From: a virus
Virus record (IMG/VR): IMGVR_UViG_3300008108_000033
Coordinates: 16,754-80,753 of that record
Direction: 5' to 3' (one strand)
Length of the DNA: 64,000 nucleotides
Shown: positions 38,907-47,310 of the stretch, piece by piece
Layout of the letters: each line of letters begins with the position of its first letter
Numbering within the stretch: the stretch's first letter is position 1
Notes under the pieces: generated by a model
Told to the model about the DNA's origin: nothing
Databases searched by the model: none
What the model saw: only the letters and a program-made list of their open reading frames with translations
Translations under genes and position numbers: made by a program

Positions 38907-39390
38907 CAAATTTCATACTTACAACTGCTCCCGGGCTCACAGTTAAAGTTGTACCGAATGATAATGTTGAAATCAATACGCCAGAATAACCTGTGCCAAC
39001 ATTGCATAAAAACATATCTGTTGCTGTGTAGCTGGTGCCGGTAGCAGTAAATGATACAGTACTACTTCTTATTTTTGGCGGTGTTACTTCTGGTACGAAT
39101 TCAAAATTAGTATTTTTTACTAAAGGTTGCCTAAGATATCCATTTCCCGAGGGCTCGCCAGATATATCAGCCATGGTTTGCGCGGCAGTTATGGTCGTTC
39201 TGCTGTCTAAACCAACGTAATACTCATTAGGAACACTTGTATTTTTAAACATGCAACTCAAAAACAACGTTTGACCGCCGACGTTGAAAACATTTTTTAA
39301 ATTTTTGTCTTCATACAAAATTTTGCCAGTTGCTTGCTCGTATACTTTCAATTCTTCCAAAATAAGCAACCCGTTCCAAGGATTTGACAT
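38884..39390 (-). CDS. Tail-fibre-associated structural protein (related to 17550-18062)
   Basis: KNVFNVGG...YYVGL...EPSGNGYLRQ...VSFTATG motif of tail-fibre base proteins. Confidence 0.6.
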   Translation of the reverse strand: MSNPWNGLLILEELKVYEQATGKILYEDKNLKNVFNVGGQTLFLSCMFKNTSVPNEYYVGLDSRTTITAAQTMADISGEPSGNGYLRQPLVKNTNFEFVPEVTPPKIRSSTVSFTATGTSYTATDMFLCNVGTGYSGVLISTLSFGTTLTVSPGAVVSMKFAMSLGTC

Positions 39391-39436
39391 AATATGCCTT
39401 TCTAATATTATTTAGTTGCTTTTACATATATATTTC

Positions 39437-39868
39437 ATGCAATTCAAAGAATGGCTTCAACAAAATGAGACAGCTGGAGATAGTTGGTTCGATCCAACAG
39501 CACAGCCAATACAATGGCTTTTGCGCGCTCAAATAAATGGTGCGCCACTACCGGGGGTCATTGATTTGGCAGATTTTCCTCCGGGAAGTATTAAAAATCC
39601 ATATTTAAATGATTTACTTGCTAAATTAGCACGGTACGCCAAAAAAAAGGGAAATTACAGCCCAGATAAAATTAATTACAGATATAAAAATGAATCGGCA
39701 ATACAACAAAAGTTATTGAAATATTATTTAAAGTTTAAACCCAAAACGCCAAGACCTCCTGAATTTAAAGACGGCCCTGACACGTATACCAATGCTGGCT
39801 GGGATGCCGTTGGAGAACCGGATACGGGTCAGAGGGCCACCTTTAAAGTCCTACCTCACTACACTTAA
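39437..39868 (+). CDS. Hypothetical protein with capsid-targeting-like N-terminus (MQFKEWLQQNE)
   Basis: ATG at 39437; N-terminus resembles the T4 internal-protein capsid-targeting sequence. Confidence 0.55.
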   Translation: MQFKEWLQQNETAGDSWFDPTAQPIQWLLRAQINGAPLPGVIDLADFPPGSIKNPYLNDLLAKLARYAKKKGNYSPDKINYRYKNESAIQQKLLKYYLKFKPKTPRPPEFKDGPDTYTNAGWDAVGEPDTGQRATFKVLPHYT

Positions 39869-40161
39869 TCGCCTAGACTTTCATCGTCATCGTCTTCGTC
39901 GTCCCAGTCTTCGTCGGCGTCGTCGTCGTCGTCTTCCCATTCGTCGTCGTCTTCATAATCGTCTTCATCTTCGTCGTCGTCGTCTTCATCCTCATCGGGA
40001 TCTTCCCATTCGTCGTCTTCTTCCTCGTCTAACTCATCTTCATCATCCTCGTCATCCATCCACTCCTCTTCCCAGTCATCATCTTCATCGTCTTCTGGGT
40101 ATACAGCAGCATTGATAACGGTATCAAGATAACGATCTTCAATCGATTCAATTATGTTCAT
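39865..40161 (-). CDS. Poly-acidic (Asp/Glu) Trp-punctuated protein
   Basis: After ~22 ordinary residues the protein is almost entirely D/E with recurrent W; AGGAG RBS upstream. Confidence 0.7.
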   Translation of the reverse strand: MNIIESIEDRYLDTVINAAVYPEDDEDDDWEEEWMDDEDDEDELDEEEDDEWEDPDEDEDDDDEDEDDYEDDDEWEDDDDDADEDWDDEDDDDESLGD

Positions 40162-40196
40162 GGCTATGGGGGGAAAATATTTCCCCCCTCTCCTTT
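40162..40196 (-). promoter_or_regulatory. Structured RBS: hairpin between the SD and the start codon
   Basis: Minus strand reads AAAGGAGA-GGGGGGAAA-TAT-TTTCCCCCC-ATAGCC-ATG. Confidence 0.5.
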
Positions 40197-40245
40197 CTGC
40201 TAATTAAAGTATTATATGTAGTTTAATAAAAATTCAAAAGCAAAT

Positions 40246-41922
40246 TTATCCTTGAGAATTACATAAATTGCTATTGTATTTAGAAAACCCACAGCTTGCG
40301 TTATATCTTGTGCCAGTGCAGCTATTGTATCTGCAAGCACAAGAAGTATAAACACGAGGCTTAGGCTTCTGCTCACACCCACAACTACCGTAAGTGCAGC
40401 ATCCGGTGTTGTTTTTACATTTCCAACACTTGCCAAATTCAGGATTGCCCGGAACTAAACAATTGTTAGTGTATCCGTTGTCTCCGCAGCAACTTATAAA
40501 TTTGCGAACCAAATTATTTTCTTCGTCTTTATACCAAGACTTATCTTCTTCTGGTCCGTACATATCATTTTCTATGATATTTAGTAGAGAACACCTTGCG
40601 TCTTCGCAGGCTTGATTGGTTGAAGCGCACATGCTGAGCCATTTTCCATCGTCGTTATACAAAGCTTCATCGCATGGAACTGATACTTTAAGTTGCAGTA
40701 TTTCATCCATGTACTTATTTTCTAGATCCGACGCGAACATCACTCCGTTTAACAAATCTTTGGCAAACGCTTCTCCCTTGTTTACAATAACCACTGAATC
40801 CTCCGTCTTGCTTTCTAATAAATTTTGTTTGACTAAATCAAATTTATCTTGACTAAAACTGCTAGATTGCATGCTCATAGGAAGGCCAAGCAAATTACGA
40901 TTTACTAAAATAAGCCGCATTTGCTCACCAATTGTTGGGCTTTTCAATTTCAAAATATCCAGCCAAGTCTTGGAGAATACTTGAAAGAAATTAGACGAAG
41001 AAGGTGCCTTTTTGGAAGCATTAATAAATGTTTCCATCAAAAGCTCTCTGGCTTGGTCAACTCCAGAAACACCTTTGCCAAACATCTCATATGCTTTGAC
41101 AAATATTTCATAGAAAGCGCCAGTCAAAACTCGACTAAAACTATGAGATTCAGCTGCCAACTGATCGTTAGGCGCTCTCTGTGGCAAAGTTGATGGCGAA
41201 ACATATTTAAAATTGTTCACGCCTTTTCTTAAAGCACCTCCCAGTCCCAGACTGGATCCAAATTGTTCTGCTAATCCTTCAACAATATTAGGTTTTCTAA
41301 GGTCTCCTCCTGTTGTTTCCAACATGTTTTTTACCACAGCAGGCTGTGCCAAGCTGCTCAAAATTGCACTGACATCGCCGAAGCTTTCATGAAATGCCCA
41401 TAATTCTAGAGCTGCCATATTGAAAAATTCAGGCCTCATAGCATCGAGCAAACCATGTCCGAGTTCATGGGTAATTATGTCGGCAGATAAACATGTAAAA
41501 ACTTTTTGCCCCTTGTTAGTGAAATAGAAAAATTTCAAACCTTGTCGATCATAAAAAGCATTAGCCTGAACACCAGCCAATGGATCAACGTTTAATTTGT
41601 TAACTACTGCCCATTTTGATAAATCGGCTTTACGGTTCAATACATTGATGCTGTGACATAGCACCGCGTATACATTTGCAGCTTGTCCTACGGGACGGTC
41701 TAAGGGACCACCGTTGCCAGTAAAATACTTAACAGCAAACTGCAACTTATAAGTTTGGGGGTTGTTGGCGTATCCCATCAAATTGGGAGTACTTGGGTCA
41801 TTCAAGTAATATTTAATCTGCGTTCCCGCAGCTTCCATATCTACTTCGGTTGATTGGGCCTCCATTTTAGGAGTAAACAAATTCTTTACATTCTCATATA
41901 ATTTTTTAAAGAATTGTAGCAT
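40246..41922 (-). CDS. Zinc metalloprotease, thermolysin M4/M36-like, with Cys-rich tail
   Basis: NAFY, DIITHELGH (HEXXH), AFHESFGD third ligand and ESH..S catalytic His. Confidence 0.85.
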   Translation of the reverse strand: MLQFFKKLYENVKNLFTPKMEAQSTEVDMEAAGTQIKYYLNDPSTPNLMGYANNPQTYKLQFAVKYFTGNGGPLDRPVGQAANVYAVLCHSINVLNRKADLSKWAVVNKLNVDPLAGVQANAFYDRQGLKFFYFTNKGQKVFTCLSADIITHELGHGLLDAMRPEFFNMAALELWAFHESFGDVSAILSSLAQPAVVKNMLETTGGDLRKPNIVEGLAEQFGSSLGLGGALRKGVNNFKYVSPSTLPQRAPNDQLAAESHSFSRVLTGAFYEIFVKAYEMFGKGVSGVDQARELLMETFINASKKAPSSSNFFQVFSKTWLDILKLKSPTIGEQMRLILVNRNLLGLPMSMQSSSFSQDKFDLVKQNLLESKTEDSVVIVNKGEAFAKDLLNGVMFASDLENKYMDEILQLKVSVPCDEALYNDDGKWLSMCASTNQACEDARCSLLNIIENDMYGPEEDKSWYKDEENNLVRKFISCCGDNGYTNNCLVPGNPEFGKCWKCKNNTGCCTYGSCGCEQKPKPRVYTSCACRYNSCTGTRYNASCGFSKYNSNLCNSQG

Positions 41923-41963
41923 AAAAACCCCTTTCTATATTATTTATATAAAAAGGTGAAAAT

Positions 41964-42479
41964 ATGAATGTTGAAGAAAGAATTATCGAGCAGCGAACTC
42001 TAGAGGCAATCAGAAAAAATCTGATGGGCCAGCAGGGAAAACTTTATTTGATTGCAAAAGTTTTAGGAAATGCCATCACACAGCAATCTGCTGGTGGTAA
42101 TTTTTTGAACTTTGACATGTTCAATGAAGACCCAGACACAATTCCAATATTAGAGGATGATGCAACTAGCCATGACATAGGCTATGTATTCAATGGATTA
42201 TCACGAGGATTAAATATTGAAATTATTTGCAAAGATTACGAAGGTGTTATAAAGTTAACTTGGGATGGATTTTGTTATTATCACGAAGAAGCAAATGTTC
42301 TTATGAAATACGTGCCAAATGACAAATTGGAAAAAATGGTTGACAGTTTATTCACAGTAGTAGAAAATAAAGTGCAAGAAGAATATAGAAGACTTAAAAA
42401 ACAGGAAATAAAAGAAGCCCCCAAGCTCGAACAAGAAGAACTCAGAAGGCTTCGCGATAAATGGGGCGATATTATTTAA
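41964..42479 (+). CDS. Hypothetical protein
   Basis: 171-aa ORF with AAGGTG RBS. Confidence 0.6.
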   Translation: MNVEERIIEQRTLEAIRKNLMGQQGKLYLIAKVLGNAITQQSAGGNFLNFDMFNEDPDTIPILEDDATSHDIGYVFNGLSRGLNIEIICKDYEGVIKLTWDGFCYYHEEANVLMKYVPNDKLEKMVDSLFTVVENKVQEEYRRLKKQEIKEAPKLEQEELRRLRDKWGDII

Positions 42480-42481
42480 TA

Positions 42482-43324
42482 TCAGGGAGGGCTAATCAAA
42501 TCGCCGCTTTGAAGTGTGTAAGGCGTCTCTAGTTTGGCACACATTGTAGTACCGCTGTAAAGATAATATGTCTTCTTGGCGAGGTCGCCCGGCACAGCAC
42601 CGGCATAATAACGGAGTTCCTCAGTCAACTGACCGCTTGTGTTGTATACTGTGTTGTAGAAGAAATAACCGTCGTTAGAACCTCTCAGCAACTGCCAATC
42701 CGCAAGAGGATTGTTCGGATCCATTCCTTGCCATTGAATTAATTGCGCCTCATAAGCGTTAGTTGTCGGATCCAACAGAATAATACGGTCTGGCCCAAGC
42801 GTAGGATATTGGAACCTCTCCTGCATATCCCATCGTTCAAAATAAGTAGGAAGTTCGCGTATGGGAGCCTTCCTGTTAAACTGCAAAACGGTTTCCGCTC
42901 CAGTGTTTCCGATATAAGCTCTAATATGGCGACCACCAGCATTCTTGGTGTACTTAATCAAAACCATTGAAGGAGCAAACTGATAATACTGCGAAGAAAA
43001 TACAGAGGCCTGAAACATGCCTGCAAAAATTGCATTAGCATTTAGGCTGTTTACTACTTCTAGGGCAGTAACAGCAGTCATGTCCGCGCCAGTTATGTTA
43101 ATATTTAACTGACTATACCCAAGAAGACTTGGATCGTAAGCATAAAACAGCGTCAAAACATCGTTGCCGGGTGCGGATAGGTCGTAGGTGCCTGTTTGAG
43201 CATTCACCATGTAGTCTGAACGATTGGTGTTTGCAGGAATGTTCCATGTAGTTTGATACTGGCGATCTGAGCCGAATAACGAACCTCTAAACTCAAAATC
43301 GAATACGTTTTGGAAAAATGGCAT
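42482..43324 (-). CDS. Putative virion structural protein
   Basis: GAGG RBS; T/N/Y/G-rich composition. Confidence 0.45.
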   Translation of the reverse strand: MPFFQNVFDFEFRGSLFGSDRQYQTTWNIPANTNRSDYMVNAQTGTYDLSAPGNDVLTLFYAYDPSLLGYSQLNINITGADMTAVTALEVVNSLNANAIFAGMFQASVFSSQYYQFAPSMVLIKYTKNAGGRHIRAYIGNTGAETVLQFNRKAPIRELPTYFERWDMQERFQYPTLGPDRIILLDPTTNAYEAQLIQWQGMDPNNPLADWQLLRGSNDGYFFYNTVYNTSGQLTEELRYYAGAVPGDLAKKTYYLYSGTTMCAKLETPYTLQSGDLISPP

Positions 43325-43343
43325 AAATACCTCTTATATTTAA

Positions 43344-43808
43344 TTATCTATCAAAGTTTCTTAAAATCATCTTATAGTTATCCACGTCCTCGCGGCTTTT
43401 TTTGATTTGCTCCTCGTAGAATACTTCCATGTACCTTCTGTCCGGCTCGTCTAATAAAGGTACATGCGTGACAATCCTATCAGCATAATTAGCAACTACT
43501 TCTTGCTCCATGGCCAAGGCATACTGCAGCAATTCCTTGACATCATATGAGCATACATGAGGCAAATCTTCTATAAAACTTAAAAATTCTTTAAGATCCG
43601 CATCTAAACCCAAAAGCGCATTCTGGAACTCTAGAACATGCTTCATTTCACTTGAAGCTTCTTTTTCAAATAGTTCTTTATATTCTTCTCGGTGCGGGCC
43701 AGAAACTAAAGAGGCAGCCGCCAAATAAAAATGCATGTGCTTGCGTTCATTTCGCAAATCCTGCTGCATGATGTTAACAAATTGTGCATAATTTTCATTT
43801 TTCAGCAT
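43344..43808 (-). CDS. Ferritin-like (bacterioferritin/rubrerythrin-type) di-iron protein
   Basis: Four-helix pattern DLRNE...EASSEMKH...AMEQEVVANY...EEQIKKSRED. Confidence 0.75.
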   Translation of the reverse strand: MLKNENYAQFVNIMQQDLRNERKHMHFYLAAASLVSGPHREEYKELFEKEASSEMKHVLEFQNALLGLDADLKEFLSFIEDLPHVCSYDVKELLQYALAMEQEVVANYADRIVTHVPLLDEPDRRYMEVFYEEQIKKSREDVDNYKMILRNFDR

Positions 43809-43857
43809 TTTTATCTCCTATTATAGATATTATAGTTACTACTCTAGTGACACACCT

Positions 43858-45645
43858 ATGAAAAGCATTTGGAAAAAAAAATATAAATCACCAGCTGATT
43901 ATTACAAAAAAAATTATGATCAAGAATTCTATTATTTTGATAAACTACAACTACAAATAGATCCAGATGAAACTGTAGACGACATTAATCTTTATGATCC
44001 TGTCCAACAAGCCGATGAAATTGAAAAATGCGTAAAGAGCTTTCCCTACTTCTGCCACAGATATGTTAAGATTTTACACCCAACCAAAGGCCTCATACCC
44101 TTTGTAATGTACAAATATCAGGCTAGAAGTATAGAATTTTACCAAAAACACAGATTCAATATCATAAGCAAGTTCCGACAGGGCGGATTGACCACCGTGA
44201 CGCTGCTTTATGGGCTCTGGAAATGCATGTTTGAATTAGACCAGCAAATCATGGCATTGTCTAAAACTGACCGCGAAGCTGTAGGCATTGGCATGATGGT
44301 AGACAGGGCCGTCGAACACATGCCAACTTGGATGAAACCAAAAAAGGATGGCAAGTGGAATGACCACTTAAAACAATTTCCCGATACAGGCGGATCTATT
44401 CAGTTCCATTCGCCTGAAGCTGCTCGCGGTAAATCAGTTACGTTTCTTATAATAGACGAAGCCGCGTTTATTCCCGACATGGAATCGCACTGGAAAGCTA
44501 TGTGGCCGGTACTTAGTACTGGTGGAAGTTGCGTGCTAGTTTCCACTGTTAACGGATTAGGTAACTGGTACGAGGAAACATACACAAACGCCAAAGAAGG
44601 CAAAAACATGTTCCACGTAATCGACCTAGATTACTGGGAGCATCCAGATTATTCACCAAAAAATAACCCGAATTGGGAAAAAGAACAGAGAAGTCAATTA
44701 GGAGAAAAAGGCTTCTTGCAGGAAGTATTGCGTAGCTTCTTAGGCTCTGGAGATACTTACATACCTTCTGATAAAATAACAGCAATCGAACAGAGTTTAA
44801 GAAACAAATATCCATACAAAAGATTATTCCCGCAGTTTTGCAACAAAGATGTTCCAGAAGAAAACGATAGTGAGTACGAAAAAGGTGCCTTATGGATATG
44901 GCAAGAGCCTAAGGATGGCGCGGATTATATTTTGGGAGTTGATTGCGCAGAAGGAATAGGCTCGCACGGCGATAATTCATGCATACAGCTAATAAATGCA
45001 AATACTCTGGAACAAGTTGCAGAATTCTATAGTCATAGCATCCAGCCACACGACTTTTCTCATATTGTACACGAGCTAGCAAGCGCTTATAATTCGGCAC
45101 TTGTGATAGTTGAAGATATGTCTAGCGGCGGCATAGTTTTGGATATGCTTTTCAGAGAATTGTCTTATGAAAACTTGTTTTATCCGCCTAAGTTTACCAA
45201 AAATGTAAAACCCGGCATAAAGATGTCAGTGAATGTAAGACCTATTGTGTTGCAAGGCTTTCAAAGCAGAATTCTCAATGGTGCCCTGCAAGTAAATAGC
45301 CGCAGACTACTGAATGAAATGAAAACATTTGAATACAACAGCTCAACCAAAAAAGCCGAAGCAGCCAGAGGAAAACATGATGATGCCATCATAGCCATGG
45401 CGCTAGCTTTGTATGCAAGAGATCAAAGCATAAGAGACGTTCCATTAGGAATGACCGCTGGTGAACAAAATAATAAAACCCAAGCTAATATTTCTGACAT
45501 TAGGGAAGAACTGAGAAAAGGGTTAAAAGAATCAATTTTTGATAAAGTTATGAAAAAAGAAAAATCCTTAGAAGATTTGGAAAATGAAAATTTACTTAGA
45601 ATGTATAGAAAGCAAAACTCTCTTCTAAAAGACTTCGGATGGTAA
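43858..45645 (+). CDS. gp17: Terminase large subunit
   Basis: YKYQ, KFRQGGLTT, ARGKS, LIIDEAAFI, VSTVNG, and nuclease motifs GVDCAEG and HDDAIIA. Confidence 0.95.
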   Translation: MKSIWKKKYKSPADYYKKNYDQEFYYFDKLQLQIDPDETVDDINLYDPVQQADEIEKCVKSFPYFCHRYVKILHPTKGLIPFVMYKYQARSIEFYQKHRFNIISKFRQGGLTTVTLLYGLWKCMFELDQQIMALSKTDREAVGIGMMVDRAVEHMPTWMKPKKDGKWNDHLKQFPDTGGSIQFHSPEAARGKSVTFLIIDEAAFIPDMESHWKAMWPVLSTGGSCVLVSTVNGLGNWYEETYTNAKEGKNMFHVIDLDYWEHPDYSPKNNPNWEKEQRSQLGEKGFLQEVLRSFLGSGDTYIPSDKITAIEQSLRNKYPYKRLFPQFCNKDVPEENDSEYEKGALWIWQEPKDGADYILGVDCAEGIGSHGDNSCIQLINANTLEQVAEFYSHSIQPHDFSHIVHELASAYNSALVIVEDMSSGGIVLDMLFRELSYENLFYPPKFTKNVKPGIKMSVNVRPIVLQGFQSRILNGALQVNSRRLLNEMKTFEYNSSTKKAEAARGKHDDAIIAMALALYARDQSIRDVPLGMTAGEQNNKTQANISDIREELRKGLKESIFDKVMKKEKSLEDLENENLLRMYRKQNSLLKDFGW

Positions 45646-45672
45646 TATAAGGTATTTACTATAGATAGTGTT

Positions 45673-46467
45673 ATGCGGAATCCAGAATTTAAAATTGACC
45701 TGTCGCTATACCAAGAGGCTATGAATTTGAGCCTCCATGATGAGGTATGGTTTCATAATGCTTTGAGAAACAGAGAAAATTTACGCGAAATTACAAAAAG
45801 TCTCACAAAAGAAGATTGCGACATCGCTGTAAACAGATTTACAGCAAATAAAGATATTGGAGAATTTTTAAAATTTAAAAAAAATGAAGTTGTAGACGAA
45901 GATACTTTAAACATTCTCCTTAATACCAGCAGCAAAGAAAGTAAATCTAAAATAATTCAAACAATCTCTAAAAAAACAGAAAATCACGCAGCAATAGTTT
46001 CAGCTTTGCTAAACGAATATTGCCAACAAACAAGAGACATTTTTGATGCAAAAATTCTAGCTTTTCTAGAAAATATAGAAGAAGCATTTGCGCCAATTAA
46101 AAAATTCAAAATTGAATTAAATGAATCTAAATTCTTTCTAGTAATGCTAGATGACAAAGGCATTACTACCACAGAAGAACACCAATCAATAAATGAATAT
46201 TTCAGCCAGAGAGCAAAAAGTAATAAAATTTGCCGTGGATACGTGAGCAAAAACATGGTTCCAGAGAAATATATTGAAAATGCAATTAACAAATTGCTAT
46301 ATGTAAAGGAGTGCAAACTGCCAGTACACTTCGTACAGAAAAATTTTGGGGACTACAAGATTGTATACAAAGAAAATCAAGTATGTCACATGGGAGAATA
46401 TGATTTCACAATATCTTGTAATGATATAAAGATATTAAATATCAGCAAAGTGAGAGGCGATAAATGA
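45673..46467 (+). CDS. Hypothetical protein
   Basis: 264-aa ORF preceded by the ACTATAGATA motif. Confidence 0.6.
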   Translation: MRNPEFKIDLSLYQEAMNLSLHDEVWFHNALRNRENLREITKSLTKEDCDIAVNRFTANKDIGEFLKFKKNEVVDEDTLNILLNTSSKESKSKIIQTISKKTENHAAIVSALLNEYCQQTRDIFDAKILAFLENIEEAFAPIKKFKIELNESKFFLVMLDDKGITTTEEHQSINEYFSQRAKSNKICRGYVSKNMVPEKYIENAINKLLYVKECKLPVHFVQKNFGDYKIVYKENQVCHMGEYDFTISCNDIKILNISKVRGDK

Positions 46468-46802
46468 ATTTCAGCGAAGCTAAATTGTTGCAAATACAAA
46501 AAAATATTGAAGCATGCGTAAGAGAATTGCCAGATCAATTTGCTCTTTCTGAAGTTAAATACAACCTAAAACGCGCACTAGAATCAATAAACACTGTAAA
46601 TGCAAAGCGTAAAAAGCGAAAAATAAATGAAATGCAAAATGAATCGAAAAACAAAATGGCATTCATGTCCCTTGATGATGCCAAAAGAGCCCTAAAAATT
46701 CTTGATGATATGATGGCAAGCGAACAAAAGACCATAGACGCGCTTAATAATGCGCCCAAAAACTCAATTCAAGACATGTCAGATGAAATGCTGCTGGGTT
46801 AA
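46464..46802 (+). CDS. Hypothetical helical protein
   Basis: ATGA-coupled to the upstream gene; GAGG RBS. Confidence 0.6.
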   Translation: MNFSEAKLLQIQKNIEACVRELPDQFALSEVKYNLKRALESINTVNAKRKKRKINEMQNESKNKMAFMSLDDAKRALKILDDMMASEQKTIDALNNAPKNSIQDMSDEMLLG

Positions 46803-47261
46803 TTTAAACTCAGGCGGAACATGTACAAAATCAGCTAGAAGTAATAAAGTTTTATTTATATTGTCAAAATTATCATCAATTATCAAGTGATTCTTGTTTC
46901 TTTTTAATAATTGATAAATGAAATCTTTTCGCCTTTTCAAATAATCAGATGCACAGTTTCTGTGTATTACTCCACCATCGCGTATGTTTTGAAGCGCTTC
47001 TGGAGTATCATTCCTTAAATATATTATTTTAGCAGAATCGAGAGTATCTTTAAAACCAATTTGCCAGTTATGTACCAAAATGTCAAAAAATCTCGAAAAA
47101 TTTCTTTTACTGTTCTTTCGGTCAAATTTGATATCCTTGTTATAATAAACATTGTATTCTTTATATACAAAACTTGAAATTAAAAACTGATTAGATGTAA
47201 GCACCTTGTTCCAAGTGTTTACTCTACATCCCAAATGACTCAGAATAAAAAAATATTGCAT
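46779..47261 (-). CDS. Degenerate sulfotransferase-like protein
   Basis: Likely start MQYFFILSHLG at 47261. FFILSH...L.SN..L and KIIYLRND resemble sulfotransferase 5'/3'-PAPS segments. Confidence 0.35.
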   Translation of the reverse strand: MQYFFILSHLGCRVNTWNKVLTSNQFLISSFVYKEYNVYYNKDIKFDRKNSKRNFSRFFDILVHNWQIGFKDTLDSAKIIYLRNDTPEALQNIRDGGVIHRNCASDYLKRRKDFIYQLLKRNKNHLIIDDNFDNINKTLLLLADFVHVPPEFKLTQQHFI

Positions 47262-47310
47262 ATCTATAGTAGGAGAACTAGATAAAATATAAGAGTAGAG
47301 GTTCTTTAAT

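Noticed and set aside
39880-40095. TCG/TCA/TCT repeat tract as a CRISPR array or microsatellite
   Set aside because: Explained by Asp/Glu codons. No repeat-spacer periodicity here or elsewhere in the window.
39792-40115. Arg/His-rich plus-strand ORF (protamine-like)
   Set aside because: It is the antisense read of the GAC/GAA codons of the acidic gene, which is the strand with the RBS.
44165-44200. Terminase Walker A lacking Lys (RQGGLTT) as a sign of inactivation
   Set aside because: Deviant Walker A motifs occur in T4-like large terminases, and all other motifs are intact.
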